Both the position numbers and the translations under genes were made by a program. 64,000 bases of DNA from Azolla caroliniana. Taxonomy: Eukaryota; Plantae; Polypodiophyta. Each line of letters opens with the position of its first letter. Within the stretch, counting starts at the first letter, position 1. The stretch lies in contig JBHGNT010000012.1 of the NCBI GenBank assembly GCA_043228905.1, positions 6,510,001 through 6,574,000 of the forward strand, read 5' to 3'. The notes beneath the pieces are model-generated. The model worked only from the letters and a program-made list of their open reading frames with translations, was not told where the DNA came from and made no database searches. This document shows, one piece after another, positions 52,301-64,000 of the stretch.

Positions 52301-53825
52301 TATTAGAAAACAAACTTTTAAATGTCACATTAAATGTGCAAGTCAATTGATAATAGGTGGGCAATTCATTTCCTATCAATTGACATGTCATTTAACATGA
52401 CCTACCTCTCTAGCTACAAGATAGAGCTAGATAATATTTATCTTAAAGACAATGACACATAGTTCAAGATTAAGTACATCTTAAATTGTCAATAGAGAAT
52501 ATTCTTCTAACAAACCTAACTAGTCAATCTTATTACCCTACTTCCCGTGTTCCTAAATACATTCTAGCCTACATTGACACATGATCCACCCATAGGGTTA
52601 GGTTGCACAGTAACTATTCCTCATATGGGGTGCTATCACACCATGTGCACTCTACGAATATAATGAGAATAAATTGACAACTTGGGGTTGATCATTCATT
52701 ATATTTAACACAAATACCATGCATAAACATCAACACTATTATTTGCCTCTTTTTCTAATGGGGTGACAAGTTCAGCTTGTGACATAAACTAATAATATAT
52801 GAAGATAAGTGGACCCAACCAATAAGATGAGGGTTACCTCTAGTGTTGCCTTTTGACGGTCGTTTTGAACGTTTTTTGGCAAATTTAACCGTATACGAAG
52901 GTTAATTGAAAAATGAAACCATCAATCTTGACGGGCATATGTTTTATGAAAACGTAAAAATGAAGGCTTAAAATTTCCTAAGACCGTCAAATTTTGCTAA
53001 GACCAATACAATAGTATTATAGTCCTAGCCTCTAAGAACAATGTTAACGTTCCGGACCTCGGTTACATTGGGACTTTATTTAGTTTGTATAAAAAAAAAG
53101 GTAAAAAAACAAATGTTTCTCTAGAGTCTAAATTATGAATCTCCTCTTCCCGAATCCCCATCTAAAACTTTCCTTTCCCTTTTCCCCCCTTTTCCCCCTG
53201 TTTGTTTGTTGCTCGGAGCTCCCTCAGCCCTACACCTTGCTGGAAGCTCGCTGCTCACCATCCCTACTCGAAGGTTGTTGCTCATTGCCTGCCACTCATA
53301 GATTCAACAACATACCTGTAGGAGGAGCATCTTCGTCGAATGTTGCCATGGGTTGTATCGGCTCAATCTGAGGCAGATGAACCACTAGTGCCTGATCCAT
53401 GCTCTCCCCACCCTTAGACATGTCAATTGCACAACTGCTCCAATGTCTTCTAATGAAAACCCTTTAACAAATCATCAGTCAAGATGCATGCATCACACAT
53501 CATTACCACTATTAGGGGAGAATTGGTTCATGACATACCTCTCTTGAGTTGGATATATCTCACCGTTATCGGAATTCAACCAGTTTTTGTACTTGGACCT
53601 AGCATCCATCTACCACCATTCAAGGAAAAGAAAACATAAGTAATCAAACATTTTCTGAATTTAATACTCAAACACACACAATATTAACTTTAATCAAGCA
53701 AAGCGTTACACCGTAAACCATTAATAATCAATAAGTTTTTGCAAGTCTATTTAATGATCAATGAGCTAAACTTGGGCCACATTCTAATATCAAGCATTAA
53801 AATCATAATATCAACCGTAAACCAT

Positions 53826-54045
53826 TCATAATCAATATCAAGCTAATATCATAATAGCATTAATAATCAATATCAAGCTAATATCATAATAGCATTAATA
53901 ATCAATATCAAGCTAATATCATAATAACATTAATAATCAATATCAAGCTAATATCATAATAACATTAATAATCAATATCAAGCTAATGTCATAATATCAT
54001 TAATAATCAATATCAAGCTAATTAAATTCAGTATCAAGCTAATAT
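53826..54045. repeat. 35-bp minisatellite, about 6 copies
   Basis: Unit taataatcaatatcaagctaatatcataatagcat. Confidence 0.92.
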
Positions 54046-54558
54046 TAACACACTCCAACCATAAACCATTAACATTCTAAGATCACATATCAATAAACAT
54101 GTTCTAAATAGTTTCTGTGAATAAACTTATTCATTGTATCAACCAAACCCTAAACAGTTTCTACAATCATACTATCACACTAAACCCTAAACCTTCTCCC
54201 TATCATTCTAATATCAAGCCATAATATCACATTAAAATCATAATATCAACCAAAACCTTCTCCCAAACCCTAATCCCTCAACATGAAAAAGTTGACCACA
54301 TAAAAAAAAAAAAATCAAAAAATGTAGAGACAAACACAAATACATACCTGAGAAATAGTAGGTCACCGATAGCAGAAGTGATTGTCTTACCCATGGCCTC
54401 TTTGTGCACACCTTGCACACATATGGAAAGAAAAGAGAAGAGCATGAGAAAGGAATGCCTGCAGAAAAATCGCTTTCCCGAAAAAAAACCCTATCAATTT
54501 TGTTTGAAAAATTGAGAGATAATGACAGGTTTTAGGGTTTTATAGTCGTCGGTTAAAA

Positions 54559-54810
54559 GGTTGGGCGACCACATGGCCACATTAAAACTCAGTTGGGCAA
54601 CCACATGGCCACATTAAAACTCGGTTGGGTGACCAAACTAAAATGGTAGGTTGGACAACCACATTTTAACTCGGTTGGGCGACCAAACTGAAATGGCAAG
54701 TTGGGCAACCACATTTAAACTCGGTTGGGCAACCAAACTGAAATGGTAGGTTGGGCGACCACATATGTTACAGAGGTTGGGCAACCAAAATATGTAGGTT
54801 GGGTGACCTC
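54559..54810. repeat. Array of about 10 GGTTGGGCRACCA motifs spaced 24-32 bp apart
   Basis: Directly visible. The intervening linkers are themselves repeated. Confidence 0.88.
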
Positions 54811-56301
54811 TGACAACATTTTTGGTCGCACGTTTTTTTATTATCCAAATCGGATGGTGCAGATCGCATGCGCCATGCTTCGAGCGACCTGCATCGTCCA
54901 GGGGCGCGATTCCCTCACCAACCCTATTAATGATTTGTGTGATAATAGACACGTCGGTTATGTATGTATGCATAGAACATAATAAACGTGTTCGTGCAAG
55001 CATTCAAACGTTTGAAAACGAACATGTTTGAAAAGGAAAAAATAAATGCTATATTTAAAATGACATATTTTGGTTCAATCTCTATAGTTCATACTCATTT
55101 TTTTTTGTAAAGTTCTAAAGTGAGGAGGATAGAGATGTCTTGATTTCTTAAGAAGAAGCATCCCAAAGGAATGCATGTGATACAACACAAATATTGCAAC
55201 CATGCTTATGTTGGTGGTTCATAATGGATTAGAGTCCACTTATTGGGATTGAGAGTGAATCAATATATAATATAGACCATAGTCAATCCAATCCAACTTT
55301 GAGGTGATTTACCATACACGTTTGATTGAATTATTCTCGAATGCGATTGCACGTATGATAGGTAATGGTTCATTTCGTTGGATGTAAATTATAGTACGTA
55401 ATATTCGTGTTCGTTAGCCCAAACATTCGTTTTCATACGTTTGAAAACGAATGCATATGTTATTAAAACATTCTTGTGTTTTTTTTTAAACACTTTTTAC
55501 CTTAACTTTCTTACCCTAAAAAACAAAATACCTTGTAATAAATCATAGATTGACATATTCACATTCGTCGGGTTTCTCATTCAAATGCAAACGAATACGA
55601 ATACGAATGGGTGGTCATTTATCTTGACATTAAAAATAGTACTTCAAACTAATCATATCATCAAAGTTCATACTAATCATATTTGTATAATAAATATAAA
55701 AATATTCGTTTTTAAAAAATTAATTAATTAATTGATTGATTAAAATAAGTTTCATAAACTCTCTTGACACTCTAATCTAAATTAATGAATAATTGTCCTT
55801 TTTTTGTTGAAATATATTTATTTAAATAAATAAATAATTTTATTTTATTTTATTCCAAAAAAAAGATTATATATATATTTATTTTGCAAAACGAATGGTT
55901 TTTTAATATTCTCGGGGCCATTTTGTATTCTCGAATATTGAGAATATTGCGCATGGAGAATACCACGAATCTCACGCATGTGTTAATCTATGTAAATAAA
56001 TAATGAGTGCAAAAAGTATGGTATTTACCATACTTAGAGGATGTTTTTCCATACACGAATGATACGAATGTTAAAGAATGCGAATGCTCGAATGATACGT
56101 ATGGTTCATACTTGCCATGTAATATTTGCTGTTGAGGAGGCCATACAGAAGAGAGAGAGAGAAAGCAAAGCAGAAGATATTTCTTCTTCTTCTTCTTTCT
56201 GTCTGTCTAGGGTTTAGCAGGTCCCTTCAGACGCAGAGAATGGTACCTCTATCTTCTTTCCTTCTTCGTCTCCCTCGTCTTCTTCTACACAAAAGTATGT
56301 A

Positions 56302-56346
<45 letters not shown>

Positions 56347-56949
56347 CTTATTGCATGTTTTTTTTTCTGTATCAGATGGAATTAGGGCTCATGCATTTAC
56401 CGTCTCTACGCACAGCGATGTTATTTGCTTCCACAGTCTCACTTCTTCTTCTTCTTCTTCTTCTTCGTCATTGTCGTCGATTCCCCTCATTTTATCTATC
56501 ACTAGATGGATCGGTTCTTTCCTTCTGAGATGAACGCTTTGTCCACGCGATTTCTTGTACTAGATCCATATGCCTCTTTCTATCTTTTCCTTACTTGTAG
56601 CCAATCGATGCTTTAATCCTTCGAGAAATCATGTAAATTTGTACATGCGTAACCTTTCTTTTTATCCATGTTTTACAACAGGACATGAAATCGCGCAAAT
56701 AAAGTGCAATGATTCTTGTTTTAAAAAAATCCTGTTCTTTTCTCGTTTCTTTTGCTCAAAGTAAGAGATCAATCAATGTTTTCCATACGTGAAATGAGTG
56801 TTCACTTAAACGCAGGAAAGTACTAGCAATAAAAATGGAGTTAGAATGGATGTATCAATCTTTTATTTATTTATTTATCAATGATGAAAACCCATAGAAA
56901 TTTCATTCAAAAACCTTCAATCCTTGTTCCTTACGTTGATGCCAAAAAA

Positions 56950-58000
56950 GTGGACAGAATCTAAAGTCCAATCTGTGGATCCCTCTGGCACACTTGAAGA
57001 CATAATGTAAGGTCTTTCATAGATACTAGATACATCAGAAAACTTTATATTTTCTCACAGTAGGGTCAACTGTTATCACTAATATGGTACAAACCCGGAT
57101 GATAATTGCAGAAAAATGCAAGCTTGCGTACAACGTAAGATATTGGTAGACCATGTATATGTACCACATGTTCTCGTTGAGGATGGTAGACCACGTGTAA
57201 AGAGGACATATTGCTGCTAATAGACATCTGCAAACAGTTGAGATAGTGCCACAAGTTAAACTAATGCAACGACAACAGACTAAGGTGCCAAATTATATCC
57301 AGTGGGGGATTTATGCATTTGTCAATCGAGCTCATTGAAAGTTCACACCTGAAGAGGAGTATCAGACAAGATGACCAGCACCATGGGGATAAAAGAATGT
57401 CCTTTATCTCCCACTTTCTGTAGGAATTAGATCGACGAGATTGCAAACTACATTGATGGATTGGATTGACCTTGTGCAAGTATTGCCTGAGTACTCAAAC
57501 CCACATCTCTATATGCAGACGATGTATTTTGATCTTGGACTCCTCAAAAAGCCTACAAAACATCTAGATGCTCCACATTCAATTTGTAAAAGAAAAAGAA
57601 ACCTCTGTGAACCTTGGTAAGATCAGGATTGTGATATTTAACACAACTCAGGCACAGGTAAATATGTGGGTCACCAATTTCTATCAAGTGGCAGCATTCA
57701 AGGAAACTATTTATCTCTGTAATTGGCATCCACTACCATAATCTCTAGTGTTTTTACAGCTTTGGGGACACTAGAGAGGCAGTTCCAGGTTATGTACGGT
57801 TTCAAGAACACGGCACCAGGATATAATTGTTCAATACATTGGTCACACCAACCCTCATGTATGGAGCAGGGATATGGGAAGCAAGTCTCCGCAATTCATA
57901 AGATGACAAAACATTGAAATGTCATTAGTTTCATATATCATTGAAGACACCCCACACTCCATCCTTGGTGGGTTCTTATAGTAGTGGTAATTGAAGTTAT
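56950..58000 (+). mobile_element. Highly degenerate RTE-group LINE RT fragment, probably within the 5'UTR intron of the DUF3444 gene
   Basis: Remnant motifs CPLSPTF (about 57398), LYADDV..LQ.HLD (about 57509-57570) and NLGKIRIVIF (about 57610). Confidence 0.6.
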
Positions 58001-58603
58001 ATTAGATAGAAGGGAAGGGGCAAGTAGCTGAGATGTATATCATAGTGACCTCAGCCTGCACACATGCCTAGAATGTTGATATAGATTTTCTTGTTTTATG
58101 ATACATTATATAACAGAAATATTGTTACATACCCACACCAAGCCCTCATGTATATGTTGTACATGTCCAATACAAAACAGTTAATCTCCAATAGCATTGT
58201 GTGCAAGCATCCACTACCTCCAATTATTGGAAGACGAGTATGATAGTATGTTTTTTTATGCATGGGCAACTTGGGGAATTGATTTTTACAGTTCCAAGGG
58301 CCTAACCAGCATCTTAGGTCACTATCCAGTTGGTTGATTTCATTTAATTTCTCCTTCTACTTGTAAGCACTTCAAGTAATTTCTAAGTTCTAACATATCA
58401 TTTGTAAACTTTTGGAAACAGAAATTCCAACTGTTCAGGTGTAATCAACCAGCCATTATGTGATCAAAGTAATGAATAAAACCATTTTGAAGGGAATGTG
58501 CATATCAAGCTGGCGATTTCTGACATGTTCGAGTGACATCTAATAATACTTGCCCCAGATTATTACTAAGAAGATCCTCTGTGGTTTTTCTTCTACTTAC
58601 CAT

Positions 58604-60082
58604 ATGAATTCAGATAGGACCCTAACAGTGTGCCCTGTTTGCCGTGTAGTTACAGAATACAATTTAAATACTGAAATATCATGTGTACATTGCTCAGCTA
58701 GATTTACAATCCCTGAGAACTCCGACATTAATGGCAGTTTATCAGAAATTGTAGCATCAGAAGAGAGCGACCAACAAGAAGAGATGCAAATAAAACTTGA
58801 AGGATTGGAACTTGTAACACATTATTTGTCCGAAGATGGAAATCCCAGTGAATCACAAATGCCTTCAGGTATAAAAAAAAGGAAAAAGTTTAAAAGATTG
58901 AATGACCTTGTTCTAAGTGAAGGAAAAGGGTCTTTTGATGATGAAGTTGCACGGGATAAACTTGGAAACTCTGAATTTAAAAAGCTGGACGAACCTGTAA
59001 TTTGTAAAGAAAACAGGAATCCCAGAGAAGTTAAAGCAACGGTAGATAATAGTGGAAACTCCTTATCAGAAGAAATGATGAGTGGATTTAAACAGGTTTT
59101 GATGGAGGAAATAAGGAAGCAAGTTCTCAATACCTTAGCCGAATCTATGGGAGATATACAGGTGGTCCGTATTGAAGAAATAAATCCATGCACAAGCAAT
59201 GACCTTTATGCTGAAATCAACCAGAAGTACTGTGCTAAGATAAAACTGATGACCACGTTATCTGTACCGATCACTCTCGAAAGGAGTGAAGATGATGAAG
59301 TAGAGAAGAAGGATCGAGATGAATGTGTGGCAAGGAAGGACACTGATAATCATGTAATGAAGCATTTGGATCCACAACAACAGATGCTGAAGCATGTGAC
59401 TTGTGATGATGAACTTGCTGGGTCTTTGAACAGTGAAGAAGTACCAGAAACTTGGTTTTATGACTTTGGATGTCTTAGGAGTGAGAAAATGTTTGTGAGC
59501 GGGCAAGTTTGGGTTTCTTATAACCACAGAGATGGGATGCCTAGAGACTTCTTACAGATCAAAAAAGTAGTGAATGTCAATCCTTTTAGGGTGCAAGTGA
59601 CTTTACTCAAACCTGTAAACAAGATCTCAACTGAATCTCCCTCGACATGTGGGTGCTACAGAGCTGATGACAAATTAAGAATGATCAGTGACGTTGATTG
59701 CTTTTCTCATATGGTGACGTGTGTAAGTCCAAGAGGAACTACTGGAATCTATCCTGTCAAGGGTCAAGTATGGGCACTTTACAAGAACATGGAAACAAAT
59801 TTGAGTGGAGGAATTAACTATGAAATTGTGGAGGTTTCTCGTGTCATGAACCATCATATTTCTCTAATTCCACTCGTGAAATATAGAAGATACAGAACAG
59901 TGTTCCTTGAACAATCGGCTATGGAATTCCAAGTATCAAAGAAAAATGAGCTTATCCGATTCTCACATGAAATACCAGCCTATAAACTTATAGGGACAAT
60001 TGGTTTAGAAGGATGCTTTGAACTCGATCCAGCTGCCATTCCACCTCAACTTATTGACGATGATTTAGAAGAGATGCTTTAA
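58604..60082 (+). CDS. DUF3444-domain protein with an N-terminal CxxC...CxxC zinc ribbon and no J domain; single coding exon, about 492 aa
   Basis: Uninterrupted ORF. TVCPVC...ISCVHC; VPETWFYDF...FVSGQVWVSYN.RDGMPR; FSH; IYPVKGQVWALYKN; YEIVEV; RFSHEIPAY; FELDPAAIP. Confidence 0.87.
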   Translation: MNSDRTLTVCPVCRVVTEYNLNTEISCVHCSARFTIPENSDINGSLSEIVASEESDQQEEMQIKLEGLELVTHYLSEDGNPSESQMPSGIKKRKKFKRLNDLVLSEGKGSFDDEVARDKLGNSEFKKLDEPVICKENRNPREVKATVDNSGNSLSEEMMSGFKQVLMEEIRKQVLNTLAESMGDIQVVRIEEINPCTSNDLYAEINQKYCAKIKLMTTLSVPITLERSEDDEVEKKDRDECVARKDTDNHVMKHLDPQQQMLKHVTCDDELAGSLNSEEVPETWFYDFGCLRSEKMFVSGQVWVSYNHRDGMPRDFLQIKKVVNVNPFRVQVTLLKPVNKISTESPSTCGCYRADDKLRMISDVDCFSHMVTCVSPRGTTGIYPVKGQVWALYKNMETNLSGGINYEIVEVSRVMNHHISLIPLVKYRRYRTVFLEQSAMEFQVSKKNELIRFSHEIPAYKLIGTIGLEGCFELDPAAIPPQLIDDDLEEML

Positions 60083-60247
60083 TTACCTCTTTCTTTTCCT
60101 ACATATGAATGAAGAAATGTACTATAATGTACCTCAAATAATCTCCCTCTCTTTTTCTTCCATGCTGGCTTGATTAGTGCACACAGCCGTCCTTTTTATG
60201 ATGATGTATATATACGTACATATATAGAGTTAAGAATGTTCGATGAA

Positions 60248-60365
60248 TTGGGACAAAGGTCAAGGAGATTGCTAAAGATGGGTACGAAAGAGATCGATCT
60301 CTTGGTAATGCTTCGATAGACATGTACGCAAAATGTGCCTTGCTTATGCTATCACGACTTGTATT
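60248..60365 (+). pseudogene. PLS-class PPR gene fragment
   Basis: Translates as WDKGQ/EIAKDGYERDRSLGNASIDMYAKCALL, matching the GNxLVDMYAKCG motif. Confidence 0.65.
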
Positions 60366-62099
60366 GAGGATCTACAAAGTCAACACCTACTTTGTGGATC
60401 AAATGCTGTGTAGTATGGAGGGGTATTCTGGTGATTTTAGGAACTTATGGATTTGGGTAATTACCAAAAACAGACGGTATTTTTGTGTTTTTCCCTAAAA
60501 GACATCATAATTAAAGAAAGACTCAGCAAACTGACCATCCCTTTTTTTCTTTTGCAGCTTTCATTCTTATGACTAAGATCTGCAGTGTATTCCAAAAGCT
60601 GAATGAAAAAGATCTTCATATTTTTTAATATTTTTACCCAGGTCTCAACGATTAATTCTGCTACTGTTATTTCATCTCAATTAGGATTAGAACTCATCCG
60701 CCAATTTAGGTTTTATTGCATATATTGATGCAAATCATTTTCCTTTTTGGAAACAAATATACTCATTTTTTTCAATCATGAAATTTGTAGACTCATTCAC
60801 CAATTATAGGCTTGATTGTGTATATTGGAGCGATAAGGAGTGATGCAAATTCTTCCCTTGAAGAAAATATTTTCGATTGCTAAAATTGGTAGGTGAAGGT
60901 GGTGTTCTATTGATATGATATAATTTGTGTCTCTACACTGGAACTGGGAGTTTATAAACCATATTTGCTGATTCTTCAGAGATACCCAAGTCCATGCATC
61001 CCAGTGGTGAACACATTAGTCTGTGAGGTTTATCTTAGGGAAACTGTACAGCCTCTACAAAGAGTGGAAACCCAGAGATTCCCCATAACCAGATCACCAA
61101 CGATATTCTAGATGGTAACACTACCAGGTGACACTATCAATTTTCAAACTAATTACATTTTCTCAACAAGATTGTGGACAGAAACAATGCTTTTGAAAGT
61201 CAGTTTAACTACACTTATGTGTAGTAAGTAAATGCTAGACTAGATATTTGATGCATGTAAATCATGAGTAGCATATATAGGACTGGTGACTTGAGCACTG
61301 TGTAGTTCTAGACAGTACAATAGTCAATATTATTCTGAGATGGTCAATAAGTAAATATGACAACGAAATGTTTGTGGTGGTAGATATTGACGAGAATGCG
61401 TTAACTACAGCAAATTGTCAAAGATTTACAATGTTATGGACAACCAAGAAAGTGAGTTCTGTTTCTTTTTTTTCTCACTTGTGTGGATCGCTAGCACATC
61501 TTTTCATATGCAATGACAAACCAACTGTCTTGGAATTGCTATGCTTATCTTGAACTTTAAGAGAGTTGTTTTATAACACTCGTGGCTTGTGGTTTATCAA
61601 GATAGGTGATTGATGGTGTCTCTTGATTGAGAAAGATTGTGCAAATGTGAACTTTGGGTAGGCCTCTTTAATTGATTAATCACAACCATGTGAGGAGGGA
61701 CTGGTTGAATTGCATCTGTGTTTTGAATCACATCAGGATGTGGTTTAGAGCATTGCATCATTTCTTTGAAGGTGTATTCATTGCGTTGGGGTGGTGCCCA
61801 CCCATGTTCGTGTGATTGTGGATAGTTGTTCCTTGTTGTGGTTGTCTCAACATGTGGTATCATTAGTTCATTGTTTGCATTTGTTTGGGAGTGACATGAT
61901 TGTTGCAAGTGTTTGGGCATGTTGATGCGAGTGCAATTAGTTCTTTATTCCACTTGTATTTGCATGTAATTCAATTTCTCAAATAGTTATGCAATTTCCC
62001 CTCAATATTCTCAAGCAACTTTTTGGTTCCCATCAAGGGAGAGTAGATTAGGTAGTAAAGTATTAATGGCCAATCACAAATAATAATGTGCAAATTATT

Positions 62100-63910
62100 G
62101 AACATAAATCAATGAGATAAAACTAATCAAACACCTATATTCTTGCAAATATGGAGATTGGTTCAGAATTTCTTGTGGTTTGGTAAAATGGAGTGTCATC
62201 CTCAAAGTGAAATGGGATGTTATTACCTTACGTCGTTCTAAGGGAGGATTGACTATTATTGATCTAGGAGACCAATCAAGAGCATTGTTAACTAAGTTGA
62301 TTGTTAGAGGATTTACTTTGGGTCATTAGATATGGAAAGTATTGTTGCTTGACCATTGTTTGGAATGCTCTCCTCGCTTAGGTACACCTTGGTCAAAGGA
62401 TATAAATTGGATATCTATGGATGGGAGAAAAAATTTATTCAAAGTATTTTTTCTGCATGGAAACATGTCTTACCTAGTTTGCTCCACAATAAACCCAACC
62501 CTGTGTATTATGATGAGTATCTCAGACAAAGAGTAGTCTGGAACTCGTTGTTTACAACATTGACAAATGGTTTAGTGTCGGGTTCTAAATGGTGGTTGGC
62601 ATGGGGAAAAATGGCAGGTCTTCCTAACTCAGTCAAGACCTAGTAGGTTTTTTTCTCGCACTCCTCACGCCCCTGAGAAGAGCAAAAACAAGTATTAGCT
62701 AGCATGCATTAAGGACAATTAATGTATCATCAAATTCAGGAAGCTATGAACAGAGTCACCATACCACCCAATCGCTCTTCCCATAGTTGGGTTGGTGTTT
62801 TCTCAAGAGTGGAAGTACTCTTGACTCTAAAGGGGTATTTTGAGGATAAGACCTTCACTTTTTTTATGTGGATAACGCAAATCAATTGTCTCAGTCACAG
62901 GAAATGCTAATCGATTATCCTTATGTTGTTGAACACAAGATAAGGGTAATCGGATACGTCGATCGCAAATGGTATATTGATCCACCAATAGAGGATATAA
63001 GTTCACATTAGAAGTTGTGGGTGTTGGTGGTTCATATTAGATTGGGAACTAGTTGATGATCAATGGACAAATCCATTTACTGGCAACAACTTTAATTTTT
63101 TCCAATTTTTTGTACAGTTGGTTGGAAAGATGTGCTCTCAGATAGATGGGACATGTTACCAGCTGCATTTTAATATTGGAGTCAACAAGGTATTATTCCA
63201 AAGTTTCTTGCTAAGTTTTGGGTTAACCTATGGGCAAGAAAACAACCACGACAAATACTACATGTACGGTGGTTACTTGTGCATCAAGCCTTGCTTGTTG
63301 GCACATGGCTGAGTAAGATGGGCATACCATCCAACTCGTTATCATTTACAAGCTGAAACTCAAAAACATTGTCTATGGGCCTACATTGAGTCTTAATTTT
63401 AATTAGTATGGCAATGCCTCGTTCGAATATTTGCTCACTGCTTTCCCCATTGGTATTAACATGGGGCATGGTGGTTTGGACGTCACTTGTTCCCTCTATT
63501 TTCCATTACAACGCCAAATTTATGGACCATGGTTTTCACACCAAATTAGGAAGTGTTCATGCACTTCCATTAGTGTCTATGAAGTTTTTAAGGATAAGGA
63601 AAGACGTACAACCATTATGGGAGATACCGAGTAGTACTACTTTATATACATCTAGAAAGCAATTGAATTGGTTAAAAGTATTTGGTTGGACATTTGTTCA
63701 CACTTCGAAGGGTCAATGGGATTGTATTGTTGGAGATTCTGACAATAAAACTGCACGCCGCGATGAGTTTTCTTACTTACTTGGTGGACATCTACTCCAC
63801 TTATAACCTTGAAGAATGGCACTCCTTTTTGGCACTTTAAAACTTTGTAAATTGTTTACAGTAATGAATGGATCTCTTTCTATAAATTAAAAAAAATAAA
63901 AAATCAAACA
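62100..63910 (+). mobile_element. Degenerate L1/Tx1-type LINE, 3' part with an A-rich tail
   Basis: KVKWDVITL.RSKGGLTIIDL near 62205, zf-RVT-like HQALLVGTWLSKMG near 63282, and an A-rich end. Confidence 0.6.
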
Positions 63911-64000
63911 CACATAGCAATCAAAACACATTGTAAATTGTTTACCGTAATGAATGGATATCTTTTTATAAATAAAAAATAAAAAAATCAAACACAAATA
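63845..64000. repeat. About 86-bp tandem repeat covering the LINE tail; runs off the window end
   Basis: ttgtaaattgtttac.gtaatgaatggat... occurs at 63845 and 63931. Confidence 0.8.

Noticed and set aside
54559-54810. CRISPR-like array of short palindromic repeats
   Set aside because: The repeats are only 12-13 bp, the spacers are repeats of one another, there are no cas genes, and the context is eukaryotic.
56126-56533. 135-aa ORF
   Set aside because: It is built from GA/CT/CTT microsatellites typical of a 5'UTR and first intron.
61597-61920. 107-aa minus-strand ORF
   Set aside because: Low-complexity Q/H/N/T composition with no recognisable domain.

Overview
Plant nuclear DNA, probably from a seed-free vascular plant such as a fern (inferred from the retroelement and PPR families present). 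Bases 1-40 kb are a nested LTR-retrotransposon block. It contains a Copia abutting an R2R3-MYB pseudogene, a chimeric Athila-like Gypsy with an extra 3' ORF and no polypurine tract, two copies of a fungal-like Gypsy, a complete Copia with TSD, and a complete Tcn1/Tf1-type chromovirus with TSD. The most unusual feature is that BOTH LTRs of the chromovirus carry an RTE-group LINE at the same site, and both LINEs share a YADD->YADH substitution in the RT active site. Bases 40-64 kb are AT-rich and hold an intact 3-exon glyoxalase/VOC gene, a J-domain-less DUF3444 gene, LINE and PPR remnants and tandem arrays. All transposon ORFs are disrupted. Identity values are by-eye estimates.
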